Below, in pieces: positions 21,886-31,497 of a stretch of DNA of 31,497 nt. Origin of the DNA: Toensbergia leucococca (lineage: Eukaryota); the NCBI GenBank assembly GCA_022813965.1, contig JALDZS010000086.1, positions 62,001-93,497 of the forward strand, given 5' to 3'. The stretch's first letter is position 1. Each line of letters begins with the position of its first letter. The position numbers and the translations under genes are program-made. The notes under the pieces are model-generated. The model was not told the origin of the DNA. It worked only from the letters and a program-made list of their open reading frames with translations, and searched no databases.

Positions 21886-23205
21886 ATGATCGCCTCACGT
21901 CAAATCCTCGGCGCCTGCCAGCGCAGAGCTTTCTCCGCCTCGGCCAGACAGGTATGCACCCCAATGTACTATTTCCGCACCAATCAGCACATCTAAAGCA
22001 ATGAAGTACTGACTTGTCAGGCAACCAAAGTCGCTGTCTTGGGCGCTGGTGGAGGCATTGGGCAACCATTGTCCTTGTTGATGAAGTTAAACCCTCGGGT
22101 CAGTGAGCTCGCTCTTTACGACATCCGAGGAGCTCCAGGTAATTGAAGAACTTTGCGCATTGCCAAGATATGAAGCTGAGACAAGGCATAGGTGTCGCCG
22201 CCGATATCAGTCACATCAATACCAAGAGCACCGTCACCGGTTATATCCCCGATGGATCTGGTCTCAATGATTGCCTCAACGGTGCTGAGATTATCCTAAT
22301 TCCTGCTGGCGTACCACGAAAGCCTGGAATGACTCGCGACGGTATACAAGGTCAAAAAGGTCCAGGATAGCATGTTACTAACCCTCTTCAGACTTGTTCA
22401 ATACAAATGCATCAATTGTTCGGGATCTTGCCAACGCCGCCGCCGACTCTGCCCCCAATGCCAATATCCTTGTCATTTCAAATCCTGTGCGTTGTTATTC
22501 TTGGCTCTCATTCGGCGCATATCTAATCAATCTATCTCTAGGTCAATTCAACTGTACCAATCGTCGCCGAAGTCTTAAAGTCCAAAGGCGTATACAACCC
22601 CAAGCGTCTCTTTGGTGTCACTACTCTAGATGTTGTTCGTGCTTCACGCTTCGTTTCACAAATCAAAGGCACCGATCCCGCGGACGAGAACATCACCGTC
22701 ATTGGTGGTCACTCTGGTATCACTATTGTGCCACTCCTATCACAATCAAAACACGGCGATATCCAAGGCAAGGACCTCGAGAACTTCATCTTTCGAGTAC
22801 AGTTTGGAGGAGATGAGGTGGTGAAAGCCAAGGATGGAGCTGGATCTGCAACCTTGTCAATGGCAATGGCTGGTGCACGCTTCGCTGAGAGTTTGTTAAA
22901 GGCGGCTCAAGGTCAAAAGGGCGTTGTAGAGCCTAGCTTCGTAGACAGCCCCTTGTTCAAGGATCAAGGCGTTGATTTCTTCTCATCCAAAGTTGAGCTT
23001 GGGCCAAGTGGTGTGGAGAAGATCCACGACGTTGGTAAACTCTCGGAGCAAGAGGACAAGATGCTCGATGAGGCTTTGAAAGATCTCAAGAAGAACATTG
23101 ACAAAGGTGAGATATCTTACGAGGTCTGGTTGATATTGAAATGCTAATTATGGCATGTCAGGCGTCGCATTCGTCAAGGAGAACCCACCCGTTCAGAGCA
23201 CATGA
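21886..23205 (+). CDS. MDH1: Mitochondrial NAD-dependent malate dehydrogenase
   Basis: Presequence [22 protein letters not shown], then [58 protein letters not shown] and [12 protein letters not shown]. The last exon 23162-23205 ends ...NPPVQST*. Confidence 0.97.
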
Positions 23206-24295
23206 TTACTGCAAGTACGCATGAAAGGATGAATTTAGAAGGTCTTTCCACGGGTAAATATAAACTGGATCGAATACGTTTGCCATTGGATCAAGAAGGT
23301 CAAAGAAATCATTAAATATTCAATCCATCTGTGGGCCCCTTCTTTTAGGGCAATCACAGGCCTAGATTAACGTCTCCCAAAATAATCACTTGTTCCGTCT
23401 CCTTCTACCACATTTCCTCTAATTCATGAAGAACTTTTGGATCTAGTAAAGGTTCTGCAGTGAATATTACTCGTCTGGAATTCTAAATTCTCGATTGTTT
23501 TGCAGCAATAGTGAATGGCAAGAGGAATGGCATCCGATGTCATGTGATTGAAGAACCCTCCCGAGTAAAGTTTCTATCTCAAACCAACCCGTGAACCTGG
23601 AAATTCTCTATTGATCTCACACTAGGTGCCCAGGCTGAGCTGCCAGAAATATTCAATTATGTGAGTGCTTCTTTAGCTTTGAATGATGATACTACCTATT
23701 ATATAATTATATACGTGGGAGGAATATCCACCACATTCTCTCTTATTTCAATTCTTGATAAGAAAAACCTAGTTGAAGCTGCTTCGGGCTTTTTTACTGC
23801 ACATCTGGGCTTTGATGGATCTAGGAACTTCAAAACAACAAACCAGAGTGTCTACGTCGCGAAGACTAAAGTTTCCAGGTAAGGCTACAGGTTGATCTCA
23901 TTACATCAAAAGAAAAAATCATTGTTCTCACATACGACAGCCGACTGTGATGAGTTATATCTAGGGAAACTGACAACAAAACGACCAGGCTGAAGAACAG
24001 TTTCTTCGCCATTCCGATCGGATGGACCTAGACTCGCCAACTGGGTTCTTGCCGTGTCACCATAGAATTGGTCCGAAACCTTTACGGATACCGTCTGTAT
24101 CTCGCATAAATGATAGCTTGGTGCTTTCTCTCTGAAGAATCCTCCACCGTAGCAATACAGGCATTCGCTTCCAGCAAGAACAAATGATTATATAGGATTA
24201 ATATGTTTCAAACGCGGATTTCAGGCCGCGATCTCGGGTATCACAATTCTCCTTTCTTCACTGAATCAAATTGAAACTCCATCAAACTTGATAGT

Positions 24296-24803
24296 ATGAC
24301 TCAGGCTGTCGACCCTGCGATGAAAACCAGTAGCCCACGCAAGTGTCCTAGAGAATCCAATAAAGTGAGATCAGTTACACCTTCAAATGAGTGATGAAGA
24401 AAGCTAACTTGTCTTTAGGATGCCGGTGCAGATTCTTCACAAGTCTCTCAAGCTACAGCAGTCAATGGCTCACCAGCAAAATCTTCAACGCCGTGAAAAG
24501 TCATAACTCCAGCAAGAAAGCCTGTAATATCTGAGAATCCCGCGACCTCCGAGAAACCCACAGCATCGCAAGCAAAGCGTTAAGGCTCAAGGCCGTACTC
24601 CCAATTGATTATGCACAGAACTACAAGTCAAAATTCGAAGACTTGGAACTCAAGACTAGGTTGTCATTTCTGTTGTGGTTTACGAACGAAAAGTGAGAAG
24701 CACTCATAATCGCGGTATGGGGAATGAACGTTGATGCAAGACTCTGGCAATATCCTGAGTCTATCAAGCGCACAGATTCCAACTTCATTGTGTTACTGAA
24801 ATA
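24296..24803 (+). pseudogene. Degenerate spliced gene relic of unknown family
   Basis: ATG 24296 and a clean intron 24365-24418 (GTGAGA...GCTAAC...TTTAG) that keeps the frame. The reading is then broken by TGA/TAA, and a protein-like segment follows in another frame (LKAVLPIDYAQNYKSKFEDLELKTRLSFLLWF). Confidence 0.35.
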
Positions 24804-25748
24804 GACCTAAAAATAATCTACGAGCATCAAGGGCTAAAGGGTACCTTCCAACGTTTCCGCAGGTCAATTTGCCTAGAGATCTAAAACTCTGTCTGCCAAT
24901 TAGAACTTGCTGGCAATCGTGCACGAGATGAAATGCATTGGGCTTTCGTTTCGTGGCCTTTCAAGACAACACGGAGGCCCAGGCAACCTTGCGTGTGGCT
25001 TCACGGGTAAAGTCAAATTGATCATATTGGCTGCTCAAAACAGAAAGTACCTACTGAGGACAAGAATCCGAGTTATCATTGGCCAGGTAAGACAGCATGC
25101 ATCCTTTCCGTTCTGCTTGAAATTGCAATCAGGGAGTTATCGTGTGACTCTCAGTATGACTTGTACGGTCTGTAAAATAACCAAATATCATAGGACTCAT
25201 AATTTGCAAATTGTTCGAGTGTTGAGGAATTAAAGAGGAGGAGGTTTGATGTCTTCTTCGTACTGGGTACTTACTGAATAGCAAATAGGCTGAGTATGTC
25301 TTCAATTCTAGAGACTCAACGCACCATCAAAGATATCTCCTAACTCGTCTACAGAAAAGCTTCAATACGCCACATTTGCTACGCAAACACGTGCATTTAT
25401 CTCCGAATCTGGAATCTGTGAATGCTGATCATAATCTCGAATTCTCGATTGACACCGTTATTGATTATGGGCGGCAAAGATGCGACTTAGCGACAAAGAG
25501 GCCCCAGCAAAATGCAATGAATCTAATCATATCCCACCCTGCAATTTCATAGATTATCTGATGAGCACTGACGAAGTGCTTCAAGCTGAGGGGTGTATCC
25601 TTTCACTTCCACGGTTGATATTTATGAGTCCAACATATTCAATTGGCTTATTTTAGTATATGAATGTTGAGAAAAGTGCATGTCAAGTCTAGCTCATTTT
25701 GCGGATGGGCAAACCCCGGACTGGCGTCCGAAGTAGGAACAATACTTC

Positions 25749-25825
25749 GACTTGGAACGATCACTTGCTACCACGTCCAGGACCAGTGCTTTGACTTGGA
25801 ACGACAGCTACGACGTCCAGGACCA
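25749..25825 (+). repeat. Imperfect direct repeat, 2 copies (GACTTGGAACGA...GCTAC-ACGTCCAGGACCA)
   Basis: Copies at 25749-25785 and 25793-25825. Confidence 0.85.
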
Positions 25826-27206
25826 CTAGTCACTGGAAACTTTGGAGCCATTTACAAAGTGTATGTGAGACATCTTGGAAAGCTACGCAAATATGGGCTA
25901 GAAAAGCAGACAGCACTTTAGGCTCAAGTGAGCAGAGCAAGAGGGTCGCCAGTGACATCGTCTCATCAAACAGAAGTGTGAGTTTTCAACATGCAGAAAG
26001 CAATGCGAGCTGGGCTGTATCAGTTACAAGAGCGTATCTGACTAAATTCACGTCCTCCACGGTCTTGTGCTTAGGACTCGCAGCCGCTGAGCAAGAATGT
26101 GCAAGAGCTGCAAATCAACCACGAGGAGATGCTTAAGGAATATAAACCTGTCCTTACGCATTCAGCCGGCTGCTAATTGCCATTATAGTGTGACTAAAAT
26201 AGGCCTCATAATCTTTCTGGGGAATGATTTGCTTGTTGATAGTGTGATTAACCCATACACTGATAGTATTTCAAGGAATATTTACACTCAAGTTCAAGCT
26301 TTACTATATGACATTCCTAGGAACCTCGCCCCAGTCTTGCGATATTCTTTCATATACCTCAACATCTCTTAATAACTTGATTCCTATGGATGCTAGCTCA
26401 CTCAGACCAATCAGCACTTCTCTTCGAACTACCTTGACACGTTGACATCTAAGAAAGACAATATATTCAATATGTCAAATGAGGAACTCATTCTAGGAGC
26501 AGGAAATACCCTGATCATAAAGAAAAGCTAGTCTTCTCTATCATAATTACTCAGATGATATTGAGAAATTCTGTTAGTATGAAAGAACTTCACAGATGAA
26601 CACACGGTAAAGCTAATCCTTTATTTATGAGAATCGGAGTTCCATGTCCTTGACTTCTTAAGAAAGCATCAACGTCTGCAACAATGTCAACCCTTCTAAT
26701 AAGATGATAACGCATCAAGCAAGGTAGCTTAGGTAGTTAGTAATTGAAACATGTTGACACGCTCCATCACATGTAAGGTAAGCAAAGTGGTTTTCCTCAC
26801 ACATTTTTTCCTTTCTCCCTTCAACTAACATTGACAACGGACAAGGTACACCAACTCTGCGCACGTCATTTGCTCCATGCATTGATAGGATCCATAGCAA
26901 CCCCGCAATAATGGCAAGCAACTCATCAGCTCTCGATACTCCTAGGACTTCCATAAAGAATTCACCATCGATTTCCATAGGTAGGCAGAAGGTATCATCA
27001 CGGGCAGGTTCGGTGCTTTCAGACTATTCAGTAGGGCAACCAATCCCGCTGAGTCCTAGATGAAGCTTCAGAGATTCCTCCGTGGCCAGTCCCCTCGGTC
27101 AAGCTTACCACCAGCAAATCTTTATTGTTGTTCTCACTACTATTGCCCCTACTACCATTACTATATACCGTCACTTGATGCTCAAGCTTACATCTCGTAG
27201 AGCATC

Positions 27207-28105
27207 ATGTCTACAACCTCGGGTAAGAGGAGCCATAGAGATAGGGCACGGGGATACCGAGAATTATCAAATTCCGGTGCTCCCCTCCCCTCTCCCACGC
27301 GTCCCCCCTCCCTCTCACACGTCAACACCTCTCCGGCTCCCACGTCCCCAACTCGTCGTACCAACGGGCTACTATTCACCCTGTCGGACTTTCCCCCCTT
27401 AGGGGGTCCAGCCAATTCTCGTGCAGACGTAACGATTCCTCTAACTTCCTCACTGAGCACACACCCTAGTACCATTACCGTTGCACAGTATAAGCAACAA
27501 TGTGAGTATGATCGTCAAGCACAGCACCTTCTGTGAGAGGTTAAGGCCATCACAGCATGACAAAATGCAAAGCCTCAGCAGCCTCTATCATCGAGTGCTC
27601 ACCATGACATAGTGATAGGATCAACGTACGGGATCTTCTTCTCAATCATTCTGATAGATTGAGAGCCTTCAAGAGAATTCAATCCTCAAACACATCCCGT
27701 CTCATTGTCATTTGTATCAGCATGCTTTTGAAGAGAAGAAAAAGAAATTTAAGTGTCGTGAGACTATCTACATAACAATAGCATTGAAGCCCTCGGTCGC
27801 ACCCGCCATTGCAGGGCTCAATGATAGCAACTCTGAGGGAAAATTCCTGAAAGTTGCTACGTCAGGCTTCCAAGGAATCTTGCGCTGAGAGTGATGAAGC
27901 TCTATTCAAACCTCAATCATCACACTCTCACTCTCACTCTTGATCACCGTTCTTGCTTGCATTTATTTAAGGCACGCTGCGCTGATTTGACTAGCGTGCA
28001 CCATCAATTCTTGATCAATTATCTGAACTTCAATCATCAGACTCTCACCTTCATCCCTGATCATCATGTCAGATTATGAGGCTGTTGATGTTGTCATCAG
28101 TCACG
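27207..28105. mobile_element. Decayed transposon-like (possibly gag-like) coding relics with C->T damage
   Basis: The + frame from ATG 27207 stays protein-like through stops at 27534, 27558, 27660, 27729, 27750 and 27759 (five TGA, one TAA). A minus-strand segment at about 27890-28070 reads GDQE*E*ECDD*G and DDQG*R*ESDD*SSDN*SR, i.e. Arg-rich if TGA is read as CGA. No RT, integrase or transposase motif was seen. Confidence 0.5.
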
Positions 28106-28573
28106 AGTGAAGATAAATAAAATGCTCGATGACTGCGAAAGAGTACTACTTATGTGTCAAGATCAAGTATCTCAAAGTACCAAGAGCGGTGCAATGGACA
28201 AGCTCATTGAAAAAGGAAAGGATTTGTTGACAGCAGCTAATCCATCGAAAGCGAAGCGTCAAGAACGCAAAGAGGCAAAAATGCTCAAAAGCGCGGCCAC
28301 ATGGCTTTGCTTCACTGAAACCGGATGGGCGGTTCCTTTCAGATTTCTACCTCTTTTACCATCTTTTCCGGGGCTTGGGCGTGAGCCAACAATGGTCCTG
28401 TCACAAAGGTGATGTGCGTTAATGGCTAGGTTCTTAGCAACGTGATATCAGATGAAAACTGTCAGTAGTTAAGACCGGAATTCTTAAGTGTAAGCCTTCT
28501 GGTGACGATCCGCTTCATATCAAGATGAGAGTCTTTGGTGGTGCCTCTTGAGCGAGATGGCTCCTGCTTTGCT

Positions 28574-29028
28574 ATGAGTACTTTAGCCGCGAGGTCTTTC
28601 GGTGCGCCTCCCGCTCTCTCCGAGATCTGTTGCCTGCGCTGCTCCAAAAGAATTCACGAGTCGAATCACCGTTGCGATAAGCGCGGACTTCTTGCTTGCC
28701 CATATTACTCTCAACAGGGACAACCGTGCCTCGAGGTATGTACCCTACCCTGTCCTGCAATAAAAAATTTTTAATAGATCAGGTGCCGGCTCCCTATGTT
28801 CCCGTGATAAATAGACTTCTGGAGATGCGAGACGCCCGCAAAGCGGAAGGGGATCCCGAACTCTTCGAGGGAGCCCATCAACTTCTAGCGAACCATGTGA
28901 AAGAATACAAGCAGCAAGTCGAACTGTATACGAACCGCACTCTCCGGCACGGCCAGCATAAAAAGCCCGAAAATTCGGAGACATTCGGCTTGCTTGTCCT
29001 TGATAAGAACGGCTACGGAGATGCCTAA
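28574..29028 (+). CDS. Small hypothetical protein with a degenerate Zn2Cys6-like motif
   Basis: Exons 28574-28735 and 28783-29028 (intron GTATGT...ATCAG, frame kept). Motif CLRC-x10-C-x7-CPYY-x6-CLE-VP followed by a helical region. Confidence 0.6.
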
Positions 29029-29346
29029 CCTCCTAAACCTAAATGTCATCGTGAATTTGAGAGAAAGACCCATAATGGCAGGTAATCGAGCGGCATGGGT
29101 GGCGGCATTACGACATTTTGGGGGCCGGAAGCTGATTAGGTGCGGACTTCTACTGACACACGAACACTATCCGACGACGTGGTCAGAGAGACGAGATTAC
29201 AGAAACGACCCGGCAGTTAATACAAAAAAGAATAGAAAGACTCTCGCCTTCGCAGCCAATCTAACGAGACATATGATACTGGGCGATTATTTTGATTGGA
29301 GGGACAAAGTCAAAAAAGTGAAACCATCGAGTAACTGCGGAACATT

Positions 29347-29988
29347 TTGTGGACCACTTCCACTGAGGCCGCCGAAGATTCCGAACAGTCACAGTCCTTA
29401 GCTACGCCAACGAAGAAGCTAAAGACCACCGGAAATTTCAAAGATAAACCAATCACCAAGCGAGTACTGACAAAGACGACTCCCACTATTAGACTAGCCG
29501 ATCTAACCATAGAAGATCAACAATATGTACTGGAGAAAGCGAAGAAACAGCTAGTTGTTGACGCGCAGCCGCACGACTGCAAACTATTAAATGTGGAGTA
29601 TGAAAGAGAAATTTACGAAGTAGGATATTCCATAAAGTATCTACACCCTGCCGTCCGGTTTGCCGTCAAAAACGCTGGACCGAAAGGATGCTATACCGGC
29701 ACCGAACCTCCTCAATTACCTAGCAAGCTAGGTACAAATACCAACCTTACGAAGCGACTAGTCGGCATTGCCACGGACTCATCCAGAAGTAAGGAATGGG
29801 CCAAAACAAACACCAGCAAAATAACATCCGGAAAACCCGTGTATTTGATTATTTCGGATGGAACATCCAAAGAGACCATTGATTATGCCAACGAAGTCTC
29901 TATGGATATTCCAAACACCAAGTACCAGGTTAAAGACAGCATCGGATCCCTTATCAACGAGAAGCACGTGCTGTTTATAATCCCTTGA
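29347..29988 (+). CDS. Orphan ORF (213 codons, no ATG near its start), possibly an exon or a frameshifted part of a longer gene
   Basis: Long open frame with globular-protein composition, overlapping the upstream ORF 28994-29401. No recognised domain. Confidence 0.4.
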   Translation: MWTTSTEAAEDSEQSQSLATPTKKLKTTGNFKDKPITKRVLTKTTPTIRLADLTIEDQQYVLEKAKKQLVVDAQPHDCKLLNVEYEREIYEVGYSIKYLHPAVRFAVKNAGPKGCYTGTEPPQLPSKLGTNTNLTKRLVGIATDSSRSKEWAKTNTSKITSGKPVYLIISDGTSKETIDYANEVSMDIPNTKYQVKDSIGSLINEKHVLFIIP

Positions 29989-30515
29989 CCCGTGCTGCCA
30001 GGAGCCGAAACGATGGCCTCGACGATGAATTGACTTCGGGTGCGGAGGTAATGACAGTCTCTGATGGCATCCCTGATGGAATTCCAGCGAAAATATTAAT
30101 ACTATTGAACTCATTACTAATAACTATGCTCAGCCTTGAGAATGACCTCCAGCTCATTCAGCTAGAATATGGATTAAACTAAGCCTCGGCGCATCTGCAT
30201 TATTACCGTGGATCACACATATGATCAGATCAAACAGCGAAGAGCTGCGATTAAGATGATATAGTGAATCACTGGCTAAGGGAGTATTACCTGCATGGAT
30301 GATGATGCTTAGGCTACTGAAAATGAGGAGGATCATGATGAGATAAGTTGGAGACAACGAGTGGTTGAGAGAAAATGAATTAACCTATCTGTGCTATAAA
30401 TCATTTGAACAACGCGATTCACGACATGACTGAACTCATAGTCATAATTTTGAGGCAAAAAAGTTTCCTACGGAAGCCTTGACTGAAGTCAAAACCCAAG
30501 GAAGAAAAGGAGCTA

Positions 30516-30998
30516 TTGAAGATGGTGGGTGAGAGAACGGCCGATCCGCATGAGAGATTAGATGAGAGGAGTCAGAAAAAGTTTAGGAATGTGTATCAAG
30601 TCCACCCGGGTAGACTTGAACTGATCAAGTCATTCATTTCAGATAAGGTGGATGAGGACAAATATGGTGTCATTCTTGCTCACAGCGAACCTATCACACC
30701 TGGCGAGATGACCATTCGCTCCAAATATGCCCGTGAAGAAGAGGAGAGGGATCCAGATGTTAATGATGAGGAGCCTGCATCAACGCTGCGAAAGATGAAT
30801 ACAGAAGATGCCGAGCGTGCGTCAGCTGGACCAATACAAAGCACTCCAGCCGCGACCATCCACAATACTGAAGTTTCAGACCTGAACGAATCATTCAGGC
30901 AGATAAGCAAATTCTCAGAGAGTTCACCCCTTCCTGGTGAGCCAGAAAATTCAACCCAGGGTAGCTCGAGCTGCAGAATCTCCGACTTGTTTTACTGA
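30516..30998 (+). CDS. Hypothetical acidic protein (orphan ORF, about 160 aa)
   Basis: Open frame with a charged N-terminal half and an acidic/Ser-rich C-terminal half. No recognised motif. Confidence 0.35.
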   Translation: MKMVGERTADPHERLDERSQKKFRNVYQVHPGRLELIKSFISDKVDEDKYGVILAHSEPITPGEMTIRSKYAREEEERDPDVNDEEPASTLRKMNTEDAERASAGPIQSTPAATIHNTEVSDLNESFRQISKFSESSPLPGEPENSTQGSSSCRISDLFY

Positions 30999-31497
30999 GT
31001 GAACTGTATTAAACCCGGAGTTTCTGCAAATATTCAGGTTATTTTGAGAAGTAGAATAAGACGATTTTAGACTTACATCTGACAACCAGGCTATCTTCCT
31101 GAAACAGGCAAGGTAGAGAGAGACATTTCTTACCATTGATGTTTTCGAGGACTTTTTTGAAATGTGGTTCTCAACCGCAATCCCCTTACCGTCTCACGTT
31201 TGCTCATGACAAAGTTCATCAAAACATAAGAATTCTCATCATCGTTAACTAAGTCATTTTTTTGCAAAGGAGAAAGAATCTAGTTTCTCCGTCGCTTCAG
31301 ACAGTAAAACATACCAAGCTGTACTCAGCATTGTCAATATTTTCCCCGGATAGTTTGTTCATAGCCGTTTGAAAATTTTACGCCTCGGCAATTTCTGCTG
31401 TCTCGAGAGTTCCTGTTCACTCCGCTAATAGCACATTAGGGGCTCTATTGCCTTTACCATTCAGCCGGCTAGACCTTATGACTTTGACTTGGAACGG

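Noticed and set aside
23203..23232. Stop-codon readthrough giving a peroxisomal MDH isoform
   Set aside because: Context is TGA-TTA, not TGA-CTA, and the extension ends in MKG, which is not a PTS1.
25749..25825. CRISPR-like repeat-spacer
   Set aside because: Only two units, no unique spacers, eukaryotic context, no cas genes.
23300..31497. Intact transposon or Starship captain gene
   Set aside because: No RT (YxDD), DDE transposase/integrase or tyrosine-recombinase motifs recognised; only relics.

Overview
Fungal genomic DNA (filamentous ascomycete, Pezizomycotina; a lichen-forming lineage is possible but is only inference). Genes have short GT-AG introns with CTRAY branch points, so the ORF track shows only exon fragments. 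I spliced the genes by hand. Bases 1-23.2 kb are gene-dense. They hold the 5' part of BOS1 (-), a small membrane protein, a small secreted Cys-rich protein with a 1-nt frameshift, and an OM14-like protein with a 2-nt microexon. They also hold peroxisomal thiolase POT1 (-, PTS2, FarA-type sites), THI80 (-) head-to-head with MIA40 (+), and a divergent ADI1 (-, GC-AG intron). An accessory trio (FAD monooxygenase, Pth11-like membrane protein, alpha/beta-hydrolase pseudogene) precedes mitochondrial MDH1. Two long intergenic spacers (about 5.6-6.95 kb and 11.75-13.65 kb) alternate C-rich and G-rich arms with exact complementary blocks and are candidate structured RNAs. Bases 23.3-31.5 kb are gene-poor: decayed ORFs with a CGA->TGA signature, repeats and orphan ORFs, consistent with an old transposon/accessory region. 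No rRNA, tRNA or CRISPR was found. All gene names come from recognising motifs, not from database searches.
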